64,000 bases of DNA from an uncultured Candidatus Bathyarchaeia archaeon (GCA_964399485.1 CAYNQS010000001.1:64797-128796), one strand, 5' to 3'; positions 55,951-63,837 are shown, counted from the stretch's first letter. Notes: generated from the letters alone by a model not told the origin. Program-made: numbers and translations.

Positions 55951-57036
55951 ATGACTCCTATGAGTTCAAGTGAAGCTGAGAGTGCGTATTTCAAGCGGTT
56001 TGCTAGATGGAAATTTATCGTCCTCATTCTAATTCTGGCTCTAATACTTACAATGACATTTGCTATCACAGTTGGTCCAGTGCCAATTTCGCCTATTGAT
56101 GCCTATAAGATAGTTATCAATAAGATACCTTTCATAGGCGATTTGATCACAAGCGGGTCATCATCCATGGAGGAATCTGTCATAATGCTAGTAAGATTAC
56201 CCCGTGTGTTGGGTGCGGCACTTGTTGGAATTGCTCTTGCAGTAGCTGGCGTTGTCTTACAGGGGCTATTTAGGAATCCAATGGCCGATCCATACTTAAT
56301 AGGCATTTCTGCTGGAGCAAGCGTGGGCGCATCACTTGCCATAGCTTTTGGAATCGGTTTATCGTTTTTTGGAGTGCTATATTCAGTCCCTCTTATGGCA
56401 TTCATTTTTGCTATTGGCACGGTTTTCTTGGTTTACACTATTTCAAGGACAGGAAAAGAAGTGCCGATGTCAACACTGTTGCTCGTTGGAATAGCTGTCA
56501 ACAGTTTTCTAATGGCTATTACTGCAATCATCAGATTGATTGCCGGTGAAGCAGTACATGCCATAATGACTTGGATGTTTGGCAGCCTTAATTTAGTTGA
56601 CTGGAACTATGTAGAAATCGCCTTACCCTTCGTGGTGGTTGGTGTAGCCCTGATCTATGTTTTTGCCAGAGACCTAAACATAATGCTGCTTGGTGAAGAA
56701 CAAGCTCATCATCTTGGAGTGGATACCGAAAGGCTGAAAAAAATTTTGCTTACCTCTGCAACGTTAATGACAGCGGCAGCAGTTTCAATTAGTGGTATAA
56801 TTGGTTTTGTCGGATTGATTATTCCACATGTAGCAAGAATCTTAGTGGGTCCAGATCACCGAATTTTAATACCATCATCTGCATTAACGGGGGCAATAGT
56901 TCTAATTTTGTGTGACACAGCAGCACGCACCGTCGTTAGACCAATGCAGTTGCCAGTTGGCATAATTACCGCTCTCCTAGGCGCGCCCTTTTTCATATAC
57001 TTAGTACGTAGGAAAAAACGTTCAGTAATAGGGTAA
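55951..57036 (+). CDS. FecCD/BtuC family ABC permease
   Basis: Polytopic, with RLPRVLGAALVG, NPMADPYLIGISAGA and PVGIITALLGAPFF family motifs. Confidence 0.9.
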   Translation: MTPMSSSEAESAYFKRFARWKFIVLILILALILTMTFAITVGPVPISPIDAYKIVINKIPFIGDLITSGSSSMEESVIMLVRLPRVLGAALVGIALAVAGVVLQGLFRNPMADPYLIGISAGASVGASLAIAFGIGLSFFGVLYSVPLMAFIFAIGTVFLVYTISRTGKEVPMSTLLLVGIAVNSFLMAITAIIRLIAGEAVHAIMTWMFGSLNLVDWNYVEIALPFVVVGVALIYVFARDLNIMLLGEEQAHHLGVDTERLKKILLTSATLMTAAAVSISGIIGFVGLIIPHVARILVGPDHRILIPSSALTGAIVLILCDTAARTVVRPMQLPVGIITALLGAPFFIYLVRRKKRSVIG

Positions 57037-57046
57037 GGATGGAAAA

Positions 57047-58336
57047 TTGGTAAACTTGAGAATTAGCGGCATAGACTGCTACTATGGGTCAATTAAAGCA
57101 TTGGATAACATCAATTTTTCAGTTAGAGAAGGCGAATTTGTAGGCATTTTAGGCCCAAACGGATCAGGAAAAACAACTGCTCTCAGGGCAATTAGCAGAA
57201 CCTTGAAACCCAGAATGGGGACGATTTTCTTAGATGACAAAAACATTTACGACATGGAGAACAGGGAGGTAGCAAAAAACGTAGCTGTGGTGCCTCAAGA
57301 GAGCATATCAACCTTTGATTTCACAGTATTAGACATTGTGCTCATGGGACGGAACCCATACATAGACCGTTTCAGACAGGAAAGCAGAGAAGACCTAGCC
57401 ATAGCCAAGAGAGTTATGGAGTTAACAAACACATGGAGTTTAGCTGAAAGACCAGTTAACGAGTTAAGCGGCGGAGAAAAACAGCGCGTCATAATTGCGC
57501 GTGCCCTAACTCAAGAACCGAAAATTCTTTTGCTAGACGAACCGACAAGCCACTTGGACATAAGCAATCAACTAGAGATAATGGACCTCATCAAACGTTT
57601 ATGCGAAACTAAAAAGCTGCTGATAATCGCCGTTTTCCACGACTTCAACCTAGCTGCCCGATACTGCGACTCAATTATTCTTTTGAATGAGGGAAAAATC
57701 GTTGCTGTCGGAAAATCAGACGAGACTCTCACCAGCGAAAACGTCAGAAAAGTTTTCAGCGTTGACACCATCGTCAAAAAGCATCCTGTCACCGGCTTCC
57801 TTCACGTTATCCCCGTTTCAAGACCCCTAAACCAGAAACAAAAAACCCTTTCCATCCATCTGATTAGTGGATGCGGCACAGGTAGCCCCCTGATGAAGAT
57901 TTTGAAGGACGAAGGCTATTTCGTGACTGCTGGGGTTCTCAACCTGCTGGACACTGATCAAGAGACTGCTCAGCTGCTGAAGATTCCAACAACAAGTGAA
58001 GCCCCCTTCTCTCCCATAACCGAAGAAGCTTACACGGCAAACCTGAAGATGATAAACAAAGCCAACACTATAGTTATAACGCCGACCCAGTTTGGTGACG
58101 GCAACCTGCGTAACCTCGAAGCTGCAGAAACGGCTCTGAAAAAAGGAATACAGATCATCCTCCTAGAAAATGGGCCAATCGAAGAGAGGGACTTCACCAA
58201 CGGCAAAGCCACAAAATACTTGGCATCACTCAAAAACAACGGCGCCATAACCGTGAAGAGCAACAAGGAACTCCTACATTTTCTCGACAAACTAGAAAAG
58301 AAAAACAACAAAAATTCCCATAAGAAAAAGGGATGA
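57047..58336 (+). CDS. ABC ATPase (FecE/BtuD type) with about 170-aa C-terminal Rossmann-like extension
   Basis: GPNGSGKTT, LSGGEKQRV and LLLDEPTSHLD, followed by an extra domain beginning IHLISGCGTGSPLMKILKDEGYFVTAGVLNLLD. Confidence 0.9.
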   Translation: MVNLRISGIDCYYGSIKALDNINFSVREGEFVGILGPNGSGKTTALRAISRTLKPRMGTIFLDDKNIYDMENREVAKNVAVVPQESISTFDFTVLDIVLMGRNPYIDRFRQESREDLAIAKRVMELTNTWSLAERPVNELSGGEKQRVIIARALTQEPKILLLDEPTSHLDISNQLEIMDLIKRLCETKKLLIIAVFHDFNLAARYCDSIILLNEGKIVAVGKSDETLTSENVRKVFSVDTIVKKHPVTGFLHVIPVSRPLNQKQKTLSIHLISGCGTGSPLMKILKDEGYFVTAGVLNLLDTDQETAQLLKIPTTSEAPFSPITEEAYTANLKMINKANTIVITPTQFGDGNLRNLEAAETALKKGIQIILLENGPIEERDFTNGKATKYLASLKNNGAITVKSNKELLHFLDKLEKKNNKNSHKKKG

Positions 58337-58419
58337 GGCAACAGAAACTGTTACACAACCCTCTTTCTGGAAAAATTAAATACATTTTTATCTCCTCGTT
58401 AAACTCTTGAATACTGCTC

Positions 58420-59508
58420 ATGGTGAAGATTTTGAAGTCCAATGGACCCCTATTCATTCTGCCTTGGAGATGCACACAAGCCTGCACCAGCAGTTGTCTA
58501 CACTGCGGTTTCGCATCAAACCCCCCCGCCTCTGACGCCCTCGGAACCAAAGAAGTCATGCGTATCGTGGACGAAATCTACGATTTTGGGGCAACTTATC
58601 TAGGATTAAGCGGCGGAGAACCCCTTCTGCGAAAAGACCTACCAGAAATAATCGGCTACGCCAAAAACGTCGGCTTGAACGTGAGTCTCATAACCAACGG
58701 CTACCATGTTGACGGCAAAATCTTCGACAACCTAGTTAGACACGATGTTCGCGTCTCACTGAGTGTTGACGGAACAGAAGAAATCAACGATGCTATACGA
58801 GGAAAGGGCGCATACGAAAAAGCTGTTTCAGCCATGGAAAAAACTTCTAAAGCGGGGCTGCTGGACTGTCTTGTGGCAACCCTTGCCAATGTTGACGCAA
58901 CCCGCAATAACCTCACCTCCGAAGATATGGAGCACGTCATCCAACTGGCTGAAAGGTATGGCGCCCGGTGGGTGGTGATTCACGGCTTCATTCCCTTCAA
59001 CCGAACAAAAGAGCACCTCGCCAAGTCTCCATCCCCACAGCAGTACGAGAAGATTTGGAACCAAGTCTATGATTTGCGGCTGAAGTACTACGGAAAACCT
59101 GAAGTCAACGTTTATTGCCCCTTCTTCGCCCGCATCGCCAAGGAACGGGGCATGCCGGATCTCCATCACTGGTTCAACAACATTTTCCTTGGCAAGTGCT
59201 CCATCGCCGGCAAATACATGAGCGTAATCGAAAACGGAGACGTTATCCCCTGCAGCTTCAACGACCATATCCGACTTGGAAACGTTCAGGATAAGCCGCT
59301 GAAGCAAATCTGGGATGAACATCAAACCTCAGCACTTACTCGCAAGCTCAGGGATCGGAGTAACCTGAAAGGCAAATGTGGCGTCTGCGAGTACCGCGAA
59401 ATCTGTGGCGGATGTCGAACCAGAGCAGAGATGTACACTGGAGATATTTTCGCCTCTGACCCAGCATGCGGATACGTGCCTAAACTATTGCGTGAAAAAA
59501 CTGAATAA
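58420..59508 (+). CDS. Radical SAM/SPASM protein, NirJ/AhbC/AhbD-like (paralog 1)
   Basis: CTSSCLHC cluster motif, SGGEPLL, C-terminal GKCGVCEYREICGGCRTRAE SPASM motif. Confidence 0.85.
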   Translation: MVKILKSNGPLFILPWRCTQACTSSCLHCGFASNPPASDALGTKEVMRIVDEIYDFGATYLGLSGGEPLLRKDLPEIIGYAKNVGLNVSLITNGYHVDGKIFDNLVRHDVRVSLSVDGTEEINDAIRGKGAYEKAVSAMEKTSKAGLLDCLVATLANVDATRNNLTSEDMEHVIQLAERYGARWVVIHGFIPFNRTKEHLAKSPSPQQYEKIWNQVYDLRLKYYGKPEVNVYCPFFARIAKERGMPDLHHWFNNIFLGKCSIAGKYMSVIENGDVIPCSFNDHIRLGNVQDKPLKQIWDEHQTSALTRKLRDRSNLKGKCGVCEYREICGGCRTRAEMYTGDIFASDPACGYVPKLLREKTE

Positions 59509-59569
59509 CCATTCATCTAAATGCATCTGTTTCTTTCCTTATACTAAGTAAACATTGACTGAAAACACA

Positions 59570-59577
59570 TTATAATT
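59570..59577 (+). promoter_or_regulatory. Candidate TATA box for the left M2 element
   Basis: TTATAATT 30 nt upstream of the conserved block, preceded by the A-rich AAAACAC. Confidence 0.3.
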
Positions 59578-59599
59578 CACGTTCATACCTAATTTTTTA

Positions 59600-59661
59600 G
59601 TCAAGAAAATTTGACTAACGTATGGTGTGGTTGGTCAAGAATCCTTTACAAAAATCCTTTT
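59600..59661 (+). ncRNA. M2 element, left copy (candidate leader RNA, small RNA or operator)
   Basis: 62 nt, 57/62 identical to the reverse complement of 62532..62593. Contains GTCAA-N6-TTGAC and TTGACTAA-N12-TTGGTCAA. Confidence 0.35.
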
Positions 59662-59702
59662 ATTACCTACTCTCCACGTAATCAATTGTTGGAGCTCCTA
59701 AC

Positions 59703-59837
59703 ATGAAAAAGACCGCATTAAGATTCGTTATGTTGCTACATTCTACTAGAAAAATCAATCTCACAAAAGCGGCACCTAAGACCATAGTTGCTCCTGCGCT
59801 CACGCAAAAAAGCAACGACTGGATAGCACGCGGCTAA
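59703..59837 (+). CDS. Possible 44-aa ORF upstream of radical SAM paralog 2
   Basis: ATG after GGAGCTCCTAAC. Translation is MKKTALRFVMLLHSTRKINLTKAAPKTIVAPALTQKSNDWIARG. No other support. Confidence 0.2.
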   Translation: MKKTALRFVMLLHSTRKINLTKAAPKTIVAPALTQKSNDWIARG

Positions 59838-59909
59838 CACAGTGGGACTCCAACACTCTAACCCCTACTAACATAATAAGGGAGTAATGTAAAGGAGTGC
59901 GAACAAACC

Positions 59910-60959
59910 GTGAATAGAAGACCTCTCCTGTATATGATGACTTGGAGATGTACGAGAGCTTGTAACTATAACTGTTTGCACTGCAGTTTCGGTTCCAGCC
60001 CTGCCGCCATTAACGAGATCGACACCAAAGGTGGAATGCGCATAGTTGATGAACTTTATGAGATGGGGGCAAAGTGGTTTGGGCTGAGCGGCGGAGAACC
60101 TCTTCTGCGGAAGGACATTTTTGAGATCATTAAGCATGCGAAGAGTCTGGGCATGAATGTGAGCCTCATAACCAACGGCTACTATGTTAAGGGGGATATT
60201 CTCGACAACCTAATCCGAAACGAGGTTATGACCGCGGTAAGTCTTGATGGAAGAGAGGAGTCGCACGATTTTATACGCGGCAAAGGCGCCTATGCAACAG
60301 CTCTTCTGGCTATGGAGAATTTGTCTGAGGGCGGAATTTTTGATTGCGTCGTAAGTACACTGAATAAGCGTAACTGCTCGGAGGTGGATCATGTAGCCCA
60401 GGTGGCGCATGAGTATGATGCTACTCGTGTGGTTTATCACAATTACATTCCTGTTGGCAGAGCTGAGGAGCATCTGGAGTTGGCTCCCACCCCACAGCAG
60501 TATGAGACGGTTTTGAATAGAATTTACGATTTGATGCAGGAGTATAGAGGAAAACTCGGCGTCAACGTTTATTGTCCCTTCTTCGCTCGCATCGCCAAGG
60601 AAAGGGGTATGCCCGACTTTGATTACTGGTTCAACAATGTGTTTCTTGGGCAGTGCTTTATTGGCGGCAGATATATTGGTCTGCTGGAAAATGGTGACAT
60701 GCGACCCTGTGGCTTTAATGAGGGTTACCGTATGGGCAACATTAAGAACAAGTTGATGAAGGAGATTTGGGCTGACATGCAGACATCAGAGTTCACTCGT
60801 AAGCTCAGGGATCGGAGTAACCTGAAGGGCAAATGTGGCGTCTGCGAATACCGCGAAATCTGTGGCGGATGCCGAACCAGAGCAGAAATCTACACTGGCG
60901 ACCTCTTCCAGTCTGACCCAGCATGCGGATACGTGCCTAAACTATTGCGCGAAAAATAG
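59910..60959 (+). CDS. Radical SAM/SPASM protein, NirJ/AhbC/AhbD-like (paralog 2)
   Basis: CNYNCLHC, SGGEPLL and the same C-terminal SPASM motif as paralog 1. GTG start after AAGGAGTG. Confidence 0.85.
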   Translation: MNRRPLLYMMTWRCTRACNYNCLHCSFGSSPAAINEIDTKGGMRIVDELYEMGAKWFGLSGGEPLLRKDIFEIIKHAKSLGMNVSLITNGYYVKGDILDNLIRNEVMTAVSLDGREESHDFIRGKGAYATALLAMENLSEGGIFDCVVSTLNKRNCSEVDHVAQVAHEYDATRVVYHNYIPVGRAEEHLELAPTPQQYETVLNRIYDLMQEYRGKLGVNVYCPFFARIAKERGMPDFDYWFNNVFLGQCFIGGRYIGLLENGDMRPCGFNEGYRMGNIKNKLMKEIWADMQTSEFTRKLRDRSNLKGKCGVCEYREICGGCRTRAEIYTGDLFQSDPACGYVPKLLREK

Positions 60960-60972
60960 GGCGACAACAAAG

Positions 60973-62268
60973 TTATTTGTTTTCTGCGAATTCCCACGCG
61001 ATGTTGGCTTTCCAGAGGTCTCCAAGTTCGGTTATTTTGATTTCTTTTTCGTTTATTTCGATTAGTCCCTTTTCTTTCAGTCTTTTCAGTTGTTCAGGGT
61101 ACACTTCTTCGGGGAGCTTTCCGAACCTTTCCTTGAATTCCAGTTTATCTACGGGTAGGCGCAGGTAGAGTTTTGTCATCACCTTTCTCATCATGTCTTC
61201 GTCTGTAGATTTCGAGAGTTTTGCGATCGGAAATCTTCCTTCCTGAACAGTTGCAACGTAGTCGTTCGCCAGCTCGATGTTGGAGTAAGAAAATCTCTGA
61301 AGATATCCCATGAAGCATCCTGCTCCTGTCGTTAGGATGCCTGCCCAAGGCCATCCGTTTAGGCAGTTCTCTTTGGCGTGCCATTCTACTCTGGAGTAGC
61401 GGTCGTGACCAATCGGCTTGTAGCCCGCCTCCGTGAACAGTTCGTATGCTGCAACATACATTTTCTTCTCCAGTTCCGGGTCTGCTTGGGGCGGCACCTT
61501 CCCAGCTTGCATCTGTTTATACAAGACCGTTTCAGGGTAAACTTCAAGGCAGTATGCGTCAACTTCCGCATCTAATTCGATTGCCGTCTTCACAGTGTCG
61601 ATCCAGCTTTCCAGTGTTTGTCCTGGAATGCTGTACATTATGTCTATGCAGACGCAGAGTCCAAGTTTTCTGGCGAGTCTGACTTCCTCTTTTACGTGTT
61701 CTGCGCTGTCCGGCAGATTCAGCATCCTTCGGAGTTTGTCGTCGAAGGTTTGGGCTCCCATGTCCACTTGGAAGACGCCGTATTCTGCGGCTGCAACTAG
61801 CTTCTCTTTGGAGAAGCTTCTGGATGAGCCCGTGATTTTGATGAAGTAGTCGTCTACTGTGTTGAAGTTTTGTTCGCAGAATTTTATCAGATCAAACATC
61901 TGGTCTTTGGTCATGAGGCTTGGTGTTCCTCCGCCCAGAACTATTTCGTCGAATTCGCTGGTTTTGACATACTTTGTTTCAGCGTACATCATCAGCTCTT
62001 TCTTTAAAGCCTTGAGATATGGTTCCATCTTGGCGCTGGAGTAAGGGTTGTTTGGGTAGTAGCAGAAGGTGCATCTGGAGTCGCAGAAGGATATCCACGG
62101 CTGGAGCTCCATCACCTTGTTTGACGTGTTCTCGGTTGCCAGGAACCCCATGAATTCCTTGTATGTTTCAGGTGCGATGTCCGGATAATCTCGGTATGTG
62201 TAAGGCGGCCAGCTCTCTCTTGAACTGTATGTGTTCTCTTTCTCTGCTTCGGGGATAGCTGATTTCAT
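60973..62268 (-). CDS. HemN-family radical SAM protein (HemN/HemW/ChuW-like)
   Basis: CDSRCTFC cluster motif, LGGGTPS, C-terminal HemN_C-like winged-helix tail; 431 aa. Confidence 0.85.
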   Translation of the reverse strand: MKSAIPEAEKENTYSSRESWPPYTYRDYPDIAPETYKEFMGFLATENTSNKVMELQPWISFCDSRCTFCYYPNNPYSSAKMEPYLKALKKELMMYAETKYVKTSEFDEIVLGGGTPSLMTKDQMFDLIKFCEQNFNTVDDYFIKITGSSRSFSKEKLVAAAEYGVFQVDMGAQTFDDKLRRMLNLPDSAEHVKEEVRLARKLGLCVCIDIMYSIPGQTLESWIDTVKTAIELDAEVDAYCLEVYPETVLYKQMQAGKVPPQADPELEKKMYVAAYELFTEAGYKPIGHDRYSRVEWHAKENCLNGWPWAGILTTGAGCFMGYLQRFSYSNIELANDYVATVQEGRFPIAKLSKSTDEDMMRKVMTKLYLRLPVDKLEFKERFGKLPEEVYPEQLKRLKEKGLIEINEKEIKITELGDLWKANIAWEFAENK

Positions 62269-62424
62269 TTCGAATTTCCCCAGATTGCCGTTTTATAGAA
62301 TATTTGGGAATAATATAAACTTGCGTTTTTCATTGTTATTGCCAGAATGTTCGGGTTATTTGGCGTTTGCAAGCTTATATTCGGTGCCAGAAGAGAAAAA
62401 CTGTTTTTGTTGTTGCCTGTTTTT

Positions 62425-62483
62425 CCAGAAAAAATATTGTTTTCAACAATCAACTGTTATTAGTCTCCTAATATGAATGATTT
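62425..62483 (+). repeat. M1 repeat, copy G
   Basis: CCAGAAAAAATATTGTTTTCAACAATCAACTGTTATTAGTCTCCTAATATGAATGATTT. Confidence 0.8.
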
Positions 62484-62531
62484 ATGATGCCGTACGACCA
62501 ATTTCCGTGCCTATATCGCCAGTGAGAGGCT

Positions 62532-62593
62532 AAAAGGGTTTTTGTAAAGGATTCTTGACCAACCACACCATAGTTTAGTCAAGTTTTTTTGAC
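62532..62593 (-). ncRNA. M2 element, right copy (inverted relative to the left copy)
   Basis: The reverse complement reads GTCAAAAAAACTTGACTAAACTATGGTGTGGTTGGTCAAGAATCCTTTACAAAAACCCTTTT. Confidence 0.35.
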
Positions 62594-62617
62594 AAACCAT
62601 TCAATCGGTTCATAATT

Positions 62618-62625
62618 GTTTATAA
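62618..62625 (-). promoter_or_regulatory. Candidate TATA box for the right M2 element
   Basis: TTATAAAC on the minus strand, 32 nt upstream of the conserved block, preceded by AAAACCAC. Confidence 0.3.
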
Positions 62626-62683
62626 CCGTGGTTTTGGATTGGAACAGCGTAACTTATAAGAAAACTTCGCCAATTGAACAACT

Positions 62684-63769
62684 GTGAATACTATGCCAAA
62701 GAAGCTTACTTACTCGGAGGCGGGCGTGGACAGGGAAACGAGAGCAAAATCCAAGCAGTCTCTCTCAATGTTGAAACAAACTTACACGTTAGGGAGGTAC
62801 GGAAAAGTTGTTCAACTGCCTTACGGCAACATCTTCCTCGCCGGCGACCGCTACTTGGACCTTGTTATTGAAGGGGTTGGAACCAAAGTTCTGTTGGCAC
62901 AGCTGGCAGACAAGTATGACACTATCGGAGTGGACGGGGTTGCCATGGCAGTCAACGATGTTATACGGTCAGGCGCCACTCCCTTAGCTTTGGTTGACAA
63001 CTTTCACGCTCACGTTTCTGACCCAGATTTGGTTCGGGAGTGGCTGAAGGGCATAGTGAAAGGCGCCGAAGAGTCGGATTGTCCAGTCCCGGGAGGCGAA
63101 ATCGGAGATGTGGCAGCCATCATAAAGGGGCTGACAAAGGGAAAAAGCTTCGACCTGATCGTCGCCAGCGTAGGCGAAGTGGATGAGAAGGATGTGATCT
63201 CTGGGCAAGCCATAAAGCCTGGTGACGTTGTTGTGGGTTTAAGAAGCTCCGGCGTTCACAGCAATGGAATATCATTGGTAAGGAAGGTTCTTTTCAAGGA
63301 GTGGGGAGGCAAATACGAGCCCTTCGATGTTCCCGACGGATTCGACAGAGAAATCGTTTACGAGGCGCTGGAGCCCACGCGAATTTATGTTAAGCCTTTC
63401 CTGAAGGCGGCTAAAGAGGTTAAGCTGAAGGGTGCTGTTCACGTCACCGGGGACGCTTACATGAAGTTCGACAGATTCATGAAATATTCGAAAGGGATAG
63501 GGTTCGAATTCACCAATTTCAAGCCACAGCCAATCTTCGAGCTTATCCAGCAGACAGCCCCTGAAGTTGGAGGCGAAATAACAGACGAGGAGATGCTGAA
63601 AACCTTTAACATGGGATGGGGTTTCGCCGTAGTCATAGACAAAAACGATGAGGATGAAGTTATCACGATCTTTGAGAAGGGTGGCGTTGAAGCTGAACAA
63701 ATCGGAAAAGTAACCAGTTCAGGAAAAGTTGTTGCCAAATATAAGGATAAAAAGCTGGAGTTACGGTAA
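62684..63769 (+). CDS. purM: Phosphoribosylformylglycinamidine cyclo-ligase (AIR synthase)
   Basis: TYSEAGVD N-terminus, DGVGTK-like EGVGTKV, SSGVHSNG and NMGWGF motifs. The start may be the ATG at 62693. Confidence 0.95.
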   Translation: MNTMPKKLTYSEAGVDRETRAKSKQSLSMLKQTYTLGRYGKVVQLPYGNIFLAGDRYLDLVIEGVGTKVLLAQLADKYDTIGVDGVAMAVNDVIRSGATPLALVDNFHAHVSDPDLVREWLKGIVKGAEESDCPVPGGEIGDVAAIIKGLTKGKSFDLIVASVGEVDEKDVISGQAIKPGDVVVGLRSSGVHSNGISLVRKVLFKEWGGKYEPFDVPDGFDREIVYEALEPTRIYVKPFLKAAKEVKLKGAVHVTGDAYMKFDRFMKYSKGIGFEFTNFKPQPIFELIQQTAPEVGGEITDEEMLKTFNMGWGFAVVIDKNDEDEVITIFEKGGVEAEQIGKVTSSGKVVAKYKDKKLELR

Positions 63770-63837
63770 CAGGTTTAACTGTTCATTTAAATTTTTAAGT
63801 AGATAACATTTAAATTTTGATTGTTTCACTAACAATC

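Noticed and set aside
58828-59325. 165-aa minus-strand ORF
   Set aside because: It is antisense to radical SAM/SPASM paralog 1, whose motifs are unambiguous.
62265-62453. 62-aa TTG-initiated Asn-rich ORF upstream of the HemN-like gene
   Set aside because: It is low complexity, starts inside the M1 repeat and has no ribosome-binding site. Only the terminal 22-aa ATG version is kept, as a low-interest observation.
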